DNA of 64,000 nt, taken from positions 18,104,001-18,168,000 of the forward strand of contig NC_045138.2 of the NCBI RefSeq assembly GCF_008831285.2. Direction: 5' to 3'. The first letter of the stretch is position 1; each line of letters starts with the position of its first letter. The notes beneath the pieces were generated by a model that saw only the letters and a list, made by a program, of their open reading frames with translations, was not told the origin of the DNA and did not search any database. Position numbers and translations under genes: made by a program. Below, in pieces: positions 51,503-63,468 of this stretch. This stretch comes from Nymphaea colorata. Its lineage: Eukaryota.

Positions 51503-51748
51503 GGAAATGTCCAATGAATCTATCTCAAATATTGAGGTAGGTTCATGGAACAATAGTTTTAGTGTTCCATGAACCTGTTCTAATATTTGGTGCACTCTAA
51601 TATTTGGGACAGATCCATTAGACACTTCTTTAAGTGTTTTTCCGTCAGAACGTCCCCAAAGGTCACATTTGGTGATCTTGCCAAATGGAAAAAATATAAC
51701 CAGAATTCAACACTTTACGCCAACTAAACTGAAAGGAAATGGCAGGAA

Positions 51749-51752
<4 letters not shown>

Positions 51753-51816
<64 letters not shown>
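51753..51816. repeat. (TA)n microsatellite; similar tracts at ~1682, 4448, 58685, 62254, 62703 and 63418
   Basis: Direct reading. Confidence 0.9.
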
Positions 51817-51822
<6 letters not shown>

Positions 51823-52808
51823 GAGGATAGTAGAAAATTAGAAATGGGAGAAAGGTGCACTAGATTATTGAGAGTGGCAAGAAGGGGAGATGAGAAGTGA
51901 AATGAAACGTGGAAGGTTAGCAGAAAAAAGAGAGGACGGTGGAAGCTCAGAAAAAATGCTTGAGGAAGAAAAGAGGAAAGGAAGAGGGGAGTTTATATAG
52001 CCAGGAGAAGTTGGACCCATGAACCTTTTTACTACCTTCTCACTTTGACCATAATATGAAAGACGGGAGGCTACGTGAATTTTACGTATCATCGGGTTGT
52101 TCAATTCAAATTTCTAATATGATTTCTTCCTAAATGAAAAGATTCATTCTTATCTTTTTGAATTATCACTTCTAATAAGATTTCTTTCCTTACTGAAAAG
52201 ATTCTTTACTTTCTAAATTCCAATTTCTAAAAAGATTTCTTTGCTGCATATAGAGATTCCTAATTTTTTTTACTTGTACATTTTAAACTGCCCCAACAGT
52301 ATAGCAAAGCTATTCAGGTCATTCATTATCAGTTCGATTTTAGTGGATATTATATTCCTATGGCACATGAGGTGGGAATGTACCGGTGATATATTTCACT
52401 GCTGTAGGTAACTGATAACTATGCACACGAACCCTCCCGGTATAGACACGCCAGTTTACGACTTCTTTTGTTTTTGTAGTAAACCCAATTGACAACTATC
52501 CGTATACTAAACACAATTAACCTTGACAATAGAGGCAAGGAAAAAGGGGTACTTCCACTCTCATCTAGGCGGCGGGATTTTATTATTACTCCCATTCATT
52601 ATTTACTAGAAACCTTACATCTTTTTTTACATACAGAACTCATTCTTGCAAATAGTTTTGTGATATCAGCAAAAATTGTGGAGGCGAATTTTATGCATTC
52701 CCTAGGTTAGATAAAAGTGACTCTTATTAGTCTTTAAACGCACATGCACACACACACACACACAATGAAACTCCAAGTAAGCCCCCAAAGACTTTTGGGG
52801 GGGGGGGG

Positions 52809-52844
<36 letters not shown>

Positions 52845-53964
52845 CAAGGTAATTACAAAGAATTTGCCTGATTTTATGATAAATAAACTTCCTGTTACTT
52901 TCTCATTGGGATGTCCTGATCATACCTTCTGAATAATTTCACATTGATCTTTATTGGCCTTAATCTTCTTTGTTCACTTTCAAACAGTGTACACGCTAAT
53001 TTTATTTGTCGAGAAGCTACATATGTATAATTTCATCCATCAAATGATCATGGTCATTTCATGACTTTATTATATTGCTTCTGGATACAGAAAACCGGGT
53101 ATGAAACACGGGAAACATTGTAACTATTTGTACATGTAGGTAGGATGAGTTAAACCAAAAATGGTTTAAGAAAACGATTGGACTATATCGCATAGAATGG
53201 TATCCACATATTTCAAATGCAAGCATACTTTTTTTTATTACTGCACAATTGTGAGGTTGTTTCCTCATGAAGGTGACAAAGACAACATCTGCTGGAAGCC
53301 GGAAATTGCATCTGCGAGAGAGAAAGAGAAAGAGAGAGGAAACAACTCTTTCCTATACTTCGAATAAAGCTTGAACTTATCCAACGGCTCATTAATATGA
53401 AATTGGGTGAGTCAGAATAGCTGATAATTAAGAAACTGGCCCACTCGACCTTAGCCACCACTAAGGGTATGTCAGTTCAAACGTGAACTCATCCAAAGGC
53501 TCATTAATATGAATTTGCATGAGACAAAGTAGCTGATATTTGAAAAACGCACAATCTTAGCCAACATTAAGGGCCTGTTGTGTTAGTTTAGATCTTAAAT
53601 TAATTTGTGGATTTTAAATTCTTGATATGAAATCATATGCTTGGAAGATACAAGGATTAACCATACTTAATCTATATCTTGAAATCCATGCATCTCAAGT
53701 AAAGCCCCTCTTCCCTCTGACTTGTGATTCATGCCAAACACATGGTGGTTATTCTTACCCCTATCAACCCACTTTGGTTGGGGCCATCAAGAATTGTGTA
53801 ACACTTTTAGGCATTTGATGGGTGAAAATTTGTTCTTGCTGTCTGTTGTCGAGCTATGAAGTCCTGAAGATTCTCTTCAGATCGGCTTCCTGTTACATGG
53901 CAACGCTACATGTATCATGTTTCCCTTTGATGGTTATTGCAATATTTCTAGGTACTGAAAGAAC

Positions 53965-54292
53965 AGGCCCAAGCCTAGGCATCGGCCTGGCCTGGCCCGA
54001 CAAGGAGCCGGGCTCCGGCTAGCCCAATACCCAAAACTTGGGCCTGGGCTCCGCTCGACCATTAAAACCTGACCTCGAGCCCGGCTTGATTAAATTAAAA
54101 AATATATTTTTAATATAAAATAATATATAAATATAATTAATCGTAATATATATTATACATATATAACTAATAAAATAAATAATTAAAAAAAATTATCGAT
54201 CCCAACCAGACTTATCGGGCCATCTGAGCCTGGGCCCAAGTCCGGTGAGGTATCGAGTGCCGGGTGGCAGCCCTGCCCGGTGGCCAACCTTA
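53965..54292. mobile_element. MITE-like element with GC-rich GGCCC/CCCG ends and AT-rich core
   Basis: Same architecture as 56210-56510; exact termini not resolved. Confidence 0.5.
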
Positions 54293-55806
54293 AAAACATG
54301 TCCAGTTTTTGGATAAGGCAATGGAAATTGGTAGTTCACAGCTGCAGCAGAGTGATTGGTTTAATTTGCTCTAGTCATGGCATCTACTGTACATCCCGGA
54401 AGGGAAAAAGAGTCTCTGCTATATACGTGTACTATTAATTGATCTGTATGTGAGGTCCCCAAGCAACCCTCGACATTGGGGAAGTGGGAAGGAGGGGTAG
54501 CTTAGCCTCTTGCAAACCGGCAGAAGCAAATTGTATGAGGAAAAAAAAATGAGAACTTTTGTTTATAAATGTCTTTGTGACGATAGGTAGCATAGCTAGT
54601 CGGATAAGTGACATCTCGTTAGTTTGATTTTTGTGGATGCTACTCTTTCAAGACTGCAATTAATGGGATAGTGACATCCCTTGAATACCCTACCCAAATT
54701 CTTGACGTAACCCAGAACTTCAAGAGTTGAGAAAGGGGGTCATTGGGCTTTTTTGGTTGTAAAAGTTTCATGACATGTCACATTTTTGGCATGTCCTTGG
54801 CAAAACATTTGGTGTCTCGTATCTTCATCATTGTCTCTTGCTATTCTGGTCCTTATTGATATGAATCAGCCACACGATTTGTGGTAACGGGCTTAGAATG
54901 GTGTGTTGCGCTCCTGAAGGTCATGTCTAATGCAATAGCAGAATCATAATTTGTGATGGTTTTCTTTTGGTGGATAAATTAATGTCTCCTTATAACGTAT
55001 ATGTGTAGAAAAACTTTTTCAATGAACTAGTTATATATTTCTTTAAGCAAGTCCCGCATGAAATATGAAACTTCGTGCTCTCGTCAGGGAGCGCAACTTG
55101 TTTCAACAAAAAGGAAAATCATTTGAGTAGACACTAGTCAAATAGACAGCTGATGAAGACCGACAATCTTGAAATGGAACGACCCTTATGCCGTCTTATT
55201 TTATTTTATGTTTTTTCACAATTTCTCTCTCATCAATCCAACCTTTCCCTTGTACAAGTCCCTGGCTCTCTGCCTCTTCCTTCCTCCCACCACCACCATA
55301 GGAGCACCAGGATTTTACTTTCACAGGTGGGCCGAACAGTTTAACTTGTCGATTTGTGCGGGATCAAACTGAATTCTAATCCATGACACAACTAAAAATT
55401 TTAATTTTTTTAAAGTTTTTTTTTTTTTTTCAATTTGCTGGAATGGAGGAAGCAAAAGGCCCAGGTGCCTCCCCCAACCCCCCCTACACAAGAGTAGGTG
55501 CCCGAGGAATCCCTGATGCTGGTGGGCCTGCTCACCAACATCGGGGATGCCCCCTGACAGCCACCCTTGCGATAATGGTGAGGAGGGAGGGTGGGAAGGA
55601 GTAGAAGGGTGGACTACTAGTGTCTCAGCAAGTCGTCGAAAGTTGCCCCTGTGATGGTGGTGAGGTGGAAGGAAGGAATAGATGGATGAAACAATCCACC
55701 TATCTTCACTGCTGCTGCCGGGCGGTCAGTCAGTCAGTGGAGCTCCGACAGGCCCGGCAGCAGCGGCAAAAATGGATGGTTCTCCTCCTATGTTAAAAAG
55801 AACAAG

Positions 55807-55844
<38 letters not shown>

Positions 55845-55979
55845 GTTGAACAAGAAATGGAAGCGGCCGCAAGCAACCTTCCGGGCGGTCGGAAAGGATC
55901 AGCAGTTCTGTAGGGCAAGAAAGGGAGGCAGATGCAATCATGCAAGCAACCTTCCCTCATGGTGGTGGGCCCCATTAGC

Positions 55980-56650
55980 AACCCGGCCCTATAAGCAGAG
56001 GCTTTCATTATGAGATTTTTCAGTTGTGGCCAACATGAAGGAAACTAGAAGGTCCATCGAACCAAACTCTCATCGCTACTTATAAAATCCTTCCATCCCT
56101 TTCTCTCTCCATCCGCAAATTTTTCTGCAATCTCCCATTGACCTCTCTCTCTTTTTTTTTTTTTTTTTTCTCTCTCTCTCTCTCTTTCAAACACACATAC
56201 ACACACTCACAGTGGTCATCAGGTGGAGCCGGTCTAACCCGGTAAGAACCGGGTCCAGGCTGCCCGATGTCTGAAAGTCGGGCACGAGCCCAACAGCTGA
56301 AAATCGGGTCCAAGCCCGGCACAGCCCTACCGGGTTCAAAATAAAAAATATTTTAAAAATACAAAATACAAAATAATTTTTACTATAAAATATATCTTTA
56401 ATAATAAAATATATATTAGTAATAATAAAAAATATTTTTTTAAATGTTATCGGGCTCTTATCAAGCTGATACGAACCAAGTTTTTCGAGCCCGAACCTCA
56501 ACCCGGCCCTATAAGCATACACCTTCATCCTGAGATTTTTCAGTTGTGTCCAACATGAAGGAAACTGGAAGGTCCATGGAACCAACCTCTCCTCGCGACT
56601 TATAAAATCCTTCCATCCCACCCTCTCTCCATCCCCAATTTTATCTTGCT
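55980..56650 (+). promoter_or_regulatory. Duplicated LFG core-promoter block (55980-56130 and 56500-56650) separated by a MITE-like segment
   Basis: ACCCGGCCCTATAAGCA...GAGATTTTTCAGTTGTG.CCAACATGAAGGAAACT.GAAGGTCCAT...ACTTATAAAATCCTTCCATCCC repeated at offset 520. Homologous to 37341-37510 upstream of LFG copy 2. Confidence 0.75.
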
Positions 56651-56676
56651 GATCTTCCATTGTCCTCTCTCTCTCA

Positions 56677-57772
56677 TGGGCATTCATTCGAAAGATCTAT
56701 TCCATCCTCACCGTGCAGATCCTCCTCACCGTCGCGGTCTGTGCCATTGTTGTGGCCGTTCATCCGATAGCGGACTACTTAGTCACGACGACCTCCGGAC
56801 TTGCCATCTACATTGTCAGCCTTGTTTTACCTTTCGTTAGTGAGTACTGCTCTCATTTTTTCTTGTGTTTCGTGCAAGAATTTTTGGTTTTCCATCTCTT
56901 CCTGCTGCGCCGCACCTTTCACCCGTTTCTTATTTCTCTACTTTTCTGTATTCCTGACGATTCTTTCTTGAATCTGCTGCCAGTTCTGTTTCTAAGAAAT
57001 TTACTGACTGAATTTACGTTGTTCTTTGTTTTGGCTGGTTCAGTTCTGCTCCCCATGTACTTCTGTCGGCAAAAGCACCCGTTCAATTTTCTTCTGCTCG
57101 GTTTCTTTACAGTTTCCATGAGCTTCCTCGTGGGCTTCATCTGTGCCTTCACCAGCGGTAAGTTAAACCCCATTCTCTCCATGAACTTTCTGCAACTTGT
57201 CTTGCTTGATTGGAGTAGGCCGGGTCACCTTGACCTGCCGTCGAATCGCCACATATTTTTAATGTAATTTGAATAGCGTTCAAGTAAATTTCATTGAATC
57301 CCTTACATTGGTTGGAGCAGGCAGGGTCATCTTGGAAGCGGCAAGCGTGACGGCAGCGTTGGTCGTGAGCTTGACTCTCTACACATTCTGGGCAGCAAGA
57401 CGCGGCCACGATTTCAAATTTCTTGGGCCTTTCCTCTTCTGCTCATTGGTTGCTCTCATTTGCTTTGGCATCATCCGGGTAAATAGCTCATACAAATATT
57501 CCTAATCCTTCCATTTCCTTTCATCTTAATTTGGCTTGAAGTTTTGAATTCCGGTGATATTTTGTTTGGATCAGATCTTGTTTCCGTTCGGCAAAATCAC
57601 CAACATGATCTACGGGATTCTCGGGACAATCATCTTCAGCGGATACATAATCTACGATACGGATAATCTGATTAAGAGATACAGCTACGACGATTACATC
57701 TGGGCTTCAGTCAGTCTTTATTTGGACGTCATCAACCTGTTCCTCAGCCTGCTTAGCGCGTTTAAGGCATAA
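56677..57772 (+). pseudogene. LFG: LIFEGUARD/BI-1 copy 3 lacking its start codon (exons 56677-56839, 57044-57157, 57321-57478, 57575-57772)
   Basis: Frame starts at WAFIRKIYSIL with an in-frame TGA upstream at 56650-56652; the ATG at 56676 is out of frame. The remaining frame and all splice sites are intact. Confidence 0.75.
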
Positions 57773-58056
57773 GTGTAGTTCTTATTTTAATCAGAAGTAC
57801 TACTGCCATTTCGTTTTCTTCATGGTGGCGCAATTTGCCTCGTGCAGTGGGCCATGTGTGACGTTGGTTACATTTGTATTCTTATCATATGAAGCGCTGT
57901 ACATGTGTGAATGTGCGTGTGTGACTCATTCATTATCATTTAATTTGTCATTCATTTTCTTCACCTACCAAAACGAGGATGAAGATAATGTGCACAATTT
58001 CAAATAAAAATTATTTGTAATGAGTTGTGTGTGAATTATGTACACGGAATGATTGC

Positions 58057-58097
<41 letters not shown>

Positions 58098-59186
58098 TCC
58101 TTGTCCCCGCATTTTGTTTTTATAAATTTTCATTTCGTCGGCTCTTTCTCTCTCTTGACCACAAACTAATTTTAGGCACAGTGGCTATGGGCACGGCTGG
58201 TAGCTGCTTGCGAGGATGGTGCTGGTTCTAAACCGTTGTTTTAACAAGTTTTTATAATTTGTAGCTGCGGTTTTAAGCATCGCCAAAAAGTCACATCATA
58301 AACCAAAGATAACGTTATAAAGCCTGACACTCATGTCGGGAACAAAAATCAAACCCTTTTATATTTTGCTAAAAAGTTATCTTAATAAAAGATAAACATC
58401 CTAACATATTTATGAAAATTATTTTGATATAAAACATGTTTTAAATCTAGTTTTTTTTGTGAAAAGAGATCGATTTTTTTATTATCAAAATGTTGAAGTT
58501 ATGAGAGCCATTCATTTTTGCTTATTATAAAACCTATTAAAACAAAAAAATAGTCAACATACTATATATTGTGCATCAACCTATCTTTAAAATAGCATTG
58601 GTAAGGTTAGATTTCAAAAAAACAGTTTAAATGTAATATTTAAAGAGTCTGGTTTTTTACCCGTGACTTATTGGTGTGTGTGTCTATATATATATATCTA
58701 TATATATATATATATATATATATATCACATACCCACAAATGCGGACGTAGAAGGCACCCACCCTTTGTTTTTAGTGGTTTTAATTTCTCCAGTTTACCTT
58801 ATAAATGATTCAGATCACTTACAGATGAAATTTATATCTATGTAGCTTCTTAGCAAATAAAATTATCATGCCATTTGAAAGTGAAGAAGGGAGATTAAGG
58901 GCATCAAGGATCAAAGAATAATATTGCACAAAAAATTTGGGTGTAAATTATTTTCAAAAGACATGATCCAGGTGGACATGATTTCCAATAAAAAAAGTTG
59001 GAGAAATTTATTTAGAAAAAAAATCAGAAAATTTGTTTGAAATTATCTTGAGGCTATCTCTCTTTCTTTTCTTACTACAAAACTTTTACTCCGAGTTTCA
59101 CTTCCTTGTTCCTTGCGTGCACACGTGTTGAAATTGAAATTCGACAATCTGGTGATACCTATAACAAGTGCAAAAATCCACCGCAT

Positions 59187-59247
59187 GCACCACCACTATT
59201 TCCAGCGATGATAGAGAATCCCAAGCTTCTAAATCTACATCATCCTC
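59187..59247 (+). pseudogene. LIFEGUARD exon-1 N-terminal remnant
   Basis: APPLFPAMIENPKL vs APPLYPGMMENPEL of copy 2, followed by ATCTACATCATCCTC resembling ATCTATTCCATCCTC. Confidence 0.7.
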
Positions 59248-60073
59248 CATGTGCATCGCACTCAAGTTTCCTTCAGGTTTCTTGTCTGAATTTCTCACTT
59301 TTTGCGTCGGGTTGAAAAGAGAGAGATAGAGAGAGAGTAGATATATATATATAAAGTAGAGGGAGGGAGGGAGGGGGATTATATATAATGATGACGGATG
59401 ATGTTAAAATGGCTATAGTGGTTTTTCCCAGTCGGATGCAGGAAATATGTAATTTTTTGACCATGCAAGTAAATTGCAAGCACTAGTGGGAGAACACCCA
59501 CTAATGGGAGGAGAAACAGTTCTAATTGCAATCTGTTGAGGATGCATTTCAATATAGATAAACTCTTAGCAGCAGTGATGAATTAGGGGAGGGTTGTGGG
59601 ATTTCTCTGTGTTCCAATGCCTGATTTCTGCGAGGTGCCTTCTTCATCTTCCCACCCATTTTTTGGTTGGAAGTAAAGGTAGAGCTAGAAATTTTTATTT
59701 AGAGGGCTAAAACAGTTTTCCAAAAATTTTATAAGGGACACACAATGTTTTTCGAAATTGAAAATTTAAAAATTATAAGTAACAAACTTTTAAAAAAAGA
59801 AGGTTGAGACTGTTAACCAGAGAATTGGTGGGGAGATATGAAAGCGTCTCGCAGAAATCAAGCGCTGGAATGCAGAAAAATCCGACAACCCTCGCCGGAT
59901 TCATCACACAGCTGCTAAGAGTCTTAGCTACACTGAAATGTGTTTTCAGAGGGTTGCACTTGAAACCGTTTATGCTCCTGTATAACCCTGGGTATTCCCC
60001 TGCTAGTGCTTGTAGTTTACTTGCATGCATGGTCAGAAAATTACATATTTCCGGTGTCCGACCAGGGAGAAAC

Positions 60074-60487
60074 TGTAACACCCCAAGAAATTTTTAATCA
60101 TGTATTAAAGATTGCGAAGGATCTTCAATGGCTTAAAAAGAGGTTGGGGGGGATCATTAATGAGATGACTGTCTTGATTCCTAGCCTTTTTGAGGCTGGA
60201 ACCGAAACTGCTAGGTGGCGGGTTGGGAACCGTTGAACCAGGGGCCTGAGCCCAGAAGTGGGTTGGATTGTTACAGTGGTACCAGAGCTGGTTCAACACT
60301 CGGACCTAGGGTTTCACACGCGCGGACGTGTGTGCCTTAAGGAGGGTGGATTGTAACACCTTAAGAAATTTTTAGTCCCGTATTGAAGATTGTGATAGAT
60401 CTTCAAATACTTATAAATGGAGGTTATTAATGAGATGATTGTCCTGCTTCCTAGCCTTTTTGAGGTTGGAGCTGAAACCATTGAACA
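60074..60487 (+). mobile_element. TRIM (terminal-repeat retrotransposon in miniature), second LTR truncated
   Basis: LTR1 60074-60275 (TGTAAC...GTTACA); PBS TGGTACCAGAGC at 60277-60288; ~75-bp non-coding interior; PPT AAGGAGGGTGGAT; LTR2 starts TGTAACACC at 60352. Confidence 0.85.
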
Positions 60488-60816
60488 TCATTCCTCACTA
60501 CTATGATTAGAGTGCATCCATGGAGCACTTCTTGATGGGTGGAGAGTGCGTGACTCACCAAGACGGGTTTTTGATGCAATGTTGTTCAAGCAGCAGGGGC
60601 CATGGTGTTCCCTCAGATTTTTAGAAATTCATGATTTTACATATAAAATTTTAAAAATTGTAATTTAACTTATATGAAAATTTTGAACAATTATATTCCG
60701 GTCTCTATTAAAATTTTGAAACTATAGCTTGATCCGTGCAATAAAAAAGTTTCTAACTATTCTCTCTTGCTTTCTAATTCAATCCTGTGAAGATACAATT
60801 AAATCTAAATCTGGTA

Positions 60817-61827
60817 ATAAATCTAAATTCACGATCATTTAAATCATAAGTTATGATAATTGAGTGTGGACGCTGCACATCAAAGCACCTTTTTTTTGGC
60901 ATTATCATGTGTATGATGTATTAATCTATTATTCATCCAATCATCAATCATAATATAAATGGGACTTTCAAAATATAGAAGTTCTTTCTTGGTATCCATA
61001 AGCTACAGTTTGGTAGACTTCTAGCAGATCAGGTTGAATAGTTGGCCTCCTTTAACACAAAAGCCTAAACAACTTAAATTCAAAATTAATTTGTTCTTAC
61101 TGTGTTGTAGCTTCCATCAATGTGGGAATCTCTTTATAGAATTCAACTGAACACCAAAAAAAGTAAATAGCATATGGCATTGATACTTTTTTTCTTTTTT
61201 CTTTCATTCATCAAATTCCTTCAGATCCCATTTTCAATATGGTTGGATTACTGGAATCCAAGTTATTTCCTAAGTATGGCATTGGTCCTTGTGATAAGCA
61301 TTTAAGGGCATCTAAGTGAATTGGAACTACGGGCATGTCACGAGAACCAATGCCATACTTAGGAAATAACTTGGATTCGAGTAATCCAACTATATTGAAA
61401 ATGGGATCTGAAGGAATTTGATGAATGAAAGAAAAAAAAACAGTATCATATGCCATATGCTATTTACTTCTTTTGGTGTTTAGTTGAATGCTGTAAGAGA
61501 TTCCCACTTTTAATTATAAGCATTGATGGAAGCTACAACATATAGTAAGAACAATTAATCATGAATTCAAGTTGGTTAGGCTTTTGTGTTAAAGGAGGCC
61601 AACTATTCAACCTGATCTGGTAGAACTCAACCAAACTGCAGCTTATGGATACCAAGAAGAACTTCTATATTTGGAAAATGCCATTTTTATTATGATTGGT
61701 GATTGGATGAATAATAGATTAATACATCATACACATGATAATGGCAAAAAAAAAAATGCTTTGAGGTGCAACGTCCAAACTCAGTTATCATAACTTATGA
61801 TTTAAATGATCGGGAATTTAGATTTAT
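60817..61827. repeat. Near-perfect long inverted repeat: arms ~60817-61299 and 61333-61827, loop ~33 nt
   Basis: Continuous reverse complementarity, e.g. GATCATTTAAATCATAAGTTATGATAA, CAGATCAGGTTGAATAGTTGGCCTCCTTTAACACAAAAGCCTAA, AATCCAAGTTATTTCCTAAGTATGGCATTGG; ~14-bp extra segment in the right arm near 61507. Confidence 0.96.
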
Positions 61828-61832
61828 GTCAT

Positions 61833-61939
61833 AAAGCTGCTGTCGGAGCTGCACTATCTGCTGCAGCAATAAAAGCTAAACTCTTTCCAGATCATGAAGA
61901 ACATTATAGTGAATGAGTGCCAACATTGTCAACCATCAG
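61833..61939 (+). pseudogene. SWI3C: Frameshifted exon fragment of a SWI/SNF subunit SWI3C-like gene
   Basis: KAAVGAALSAAAIKAKLFPDHEE..(frameshift)..MSANIVNHQ then GT; matches the SWI3C motif AAA.KAKLFADHEEREIQRLSANI.NHQ as recalled. Confidence 0.78.
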
Positions 61940-62248
61940 GTTCATCGTTAAAATGCTTCGCATATCTGTTGCGTTGTACGAGACTGTAACTGTTGAAACG
62001 GTTTTTTGATATGAAGGTAGCAACCGACTGCTTCTCCATGCGTGTGCTTTCTCTATCATTTTATTCCTTTATTTCCCGTGGTCACAGATTTGGTTCTCTC
62101 TACAGGTTGGTGTGTTATGATAATGGATCATATATTGGTGTTATTTTGTAATTTAATTTGAGCTTAGTGCATGTGGTTGAGCAAGTCTTCACCAGCTATT
62201 CTTGTTCTGTAACCAAATGAAACAGCTGATTTTTCTGTTCTTGTGTGA

Positions 62249-62301
<53 letters not shown>

Positions 62302-62638
62302 CGGGCGAATGGTAATGGCTGTATAACTGCATTTGAATAATTGGTGTTGCTGGCAGCTGATTTCCTCCTTTAAGGTAGCATTTGATTATTTGATGAAAAA
62401 ATGTTTGTTATTAAAATCTCTGGTATTTAATACTGGTTCATTTGTAAGGTGGAAATAAAAATTCGAGGTTCCATAACCCCAACGTCTGCAAATACTTGAT
62501 ATTTTTCATCCAGACATCATATTTTCATGTTTCATTCAATGCGGTATAAAAATTTGTGGTTGCCTCTTTATTGTTGAAAAAAAAATTACTGTTCGAGTTG
62601 ACATTCCGTCCATGCAATTTTGTAGGAACTTTCATGAT

Positions 62639-62699
62639 CAGTGAAGGAGCGACAATGCACCAGGTGTGGGCAACTGCCCACACCAGTCTCTTAAAATTT

Positions 62700-62785
<86 letters not shown>

Positions 62786-62859
62786 GCCCCACGCCCCCAC
62801 CAGATATGAGTATTTTTAAACGAGTGACCCTACAACTAATTTTTCTGGCTCCGTCATTG
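62639..62859. mobile_element. Short MITE with CAGTG.CGGAGC-type TIRs and internal (TA)n
   Basis: CAGTGAAGGAGC ... GCTCCGTCATTG. Related ends at ~4409, ~13090 and ~15700. No clear TSD. Confidence 0.55.
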
Positions 62860-63414
62860 TCGACAATAATCTGGTAACTTCTGCACATGATCACCATATT
62901 TAATTATCTTAATTATAAAACAGAAACAATCCCACCCCGCCACAAACAAGAAATTATCAATGGGAGAAAATTTTCACAATCAATTTTAGCACAAATAATT
63001 ACAAACATTTCCATGCCATGCAAAAAGAATTCCGAAGAAAGATTAAACAACAATAACAAGGCCGAATGATAAAACAAAAGAATGTTTTATATCAAAATAG
63101 CTTTTATAAGTATGTTAACATGTTTCTATTTCATTTGAACTAATTTTTTCAAAAAAAAATTAAAGGGTCTAGTTTTTATCCCCGACCTAAGTGTCTGGCT
63201 TCTACCAGTTTCTTTGAATATATGAGTGATTAGTAGGAGCCAGACCAATAAGCCACGGACAAAAACCAAGCCCATTAAATATTATATTTAAAGTGATTTT
63301 TTTAAAATCTAGCCTTACCAATATAACCTTAAGTATAAGTTGATGCGAAATATATATTAAGTTGATAATTGTTGTGTTTTTACTAGTGTTTTTATGATGA
63401 GCAAGAATGAATGG

Positions 63415-63468
<54 letters not shown>

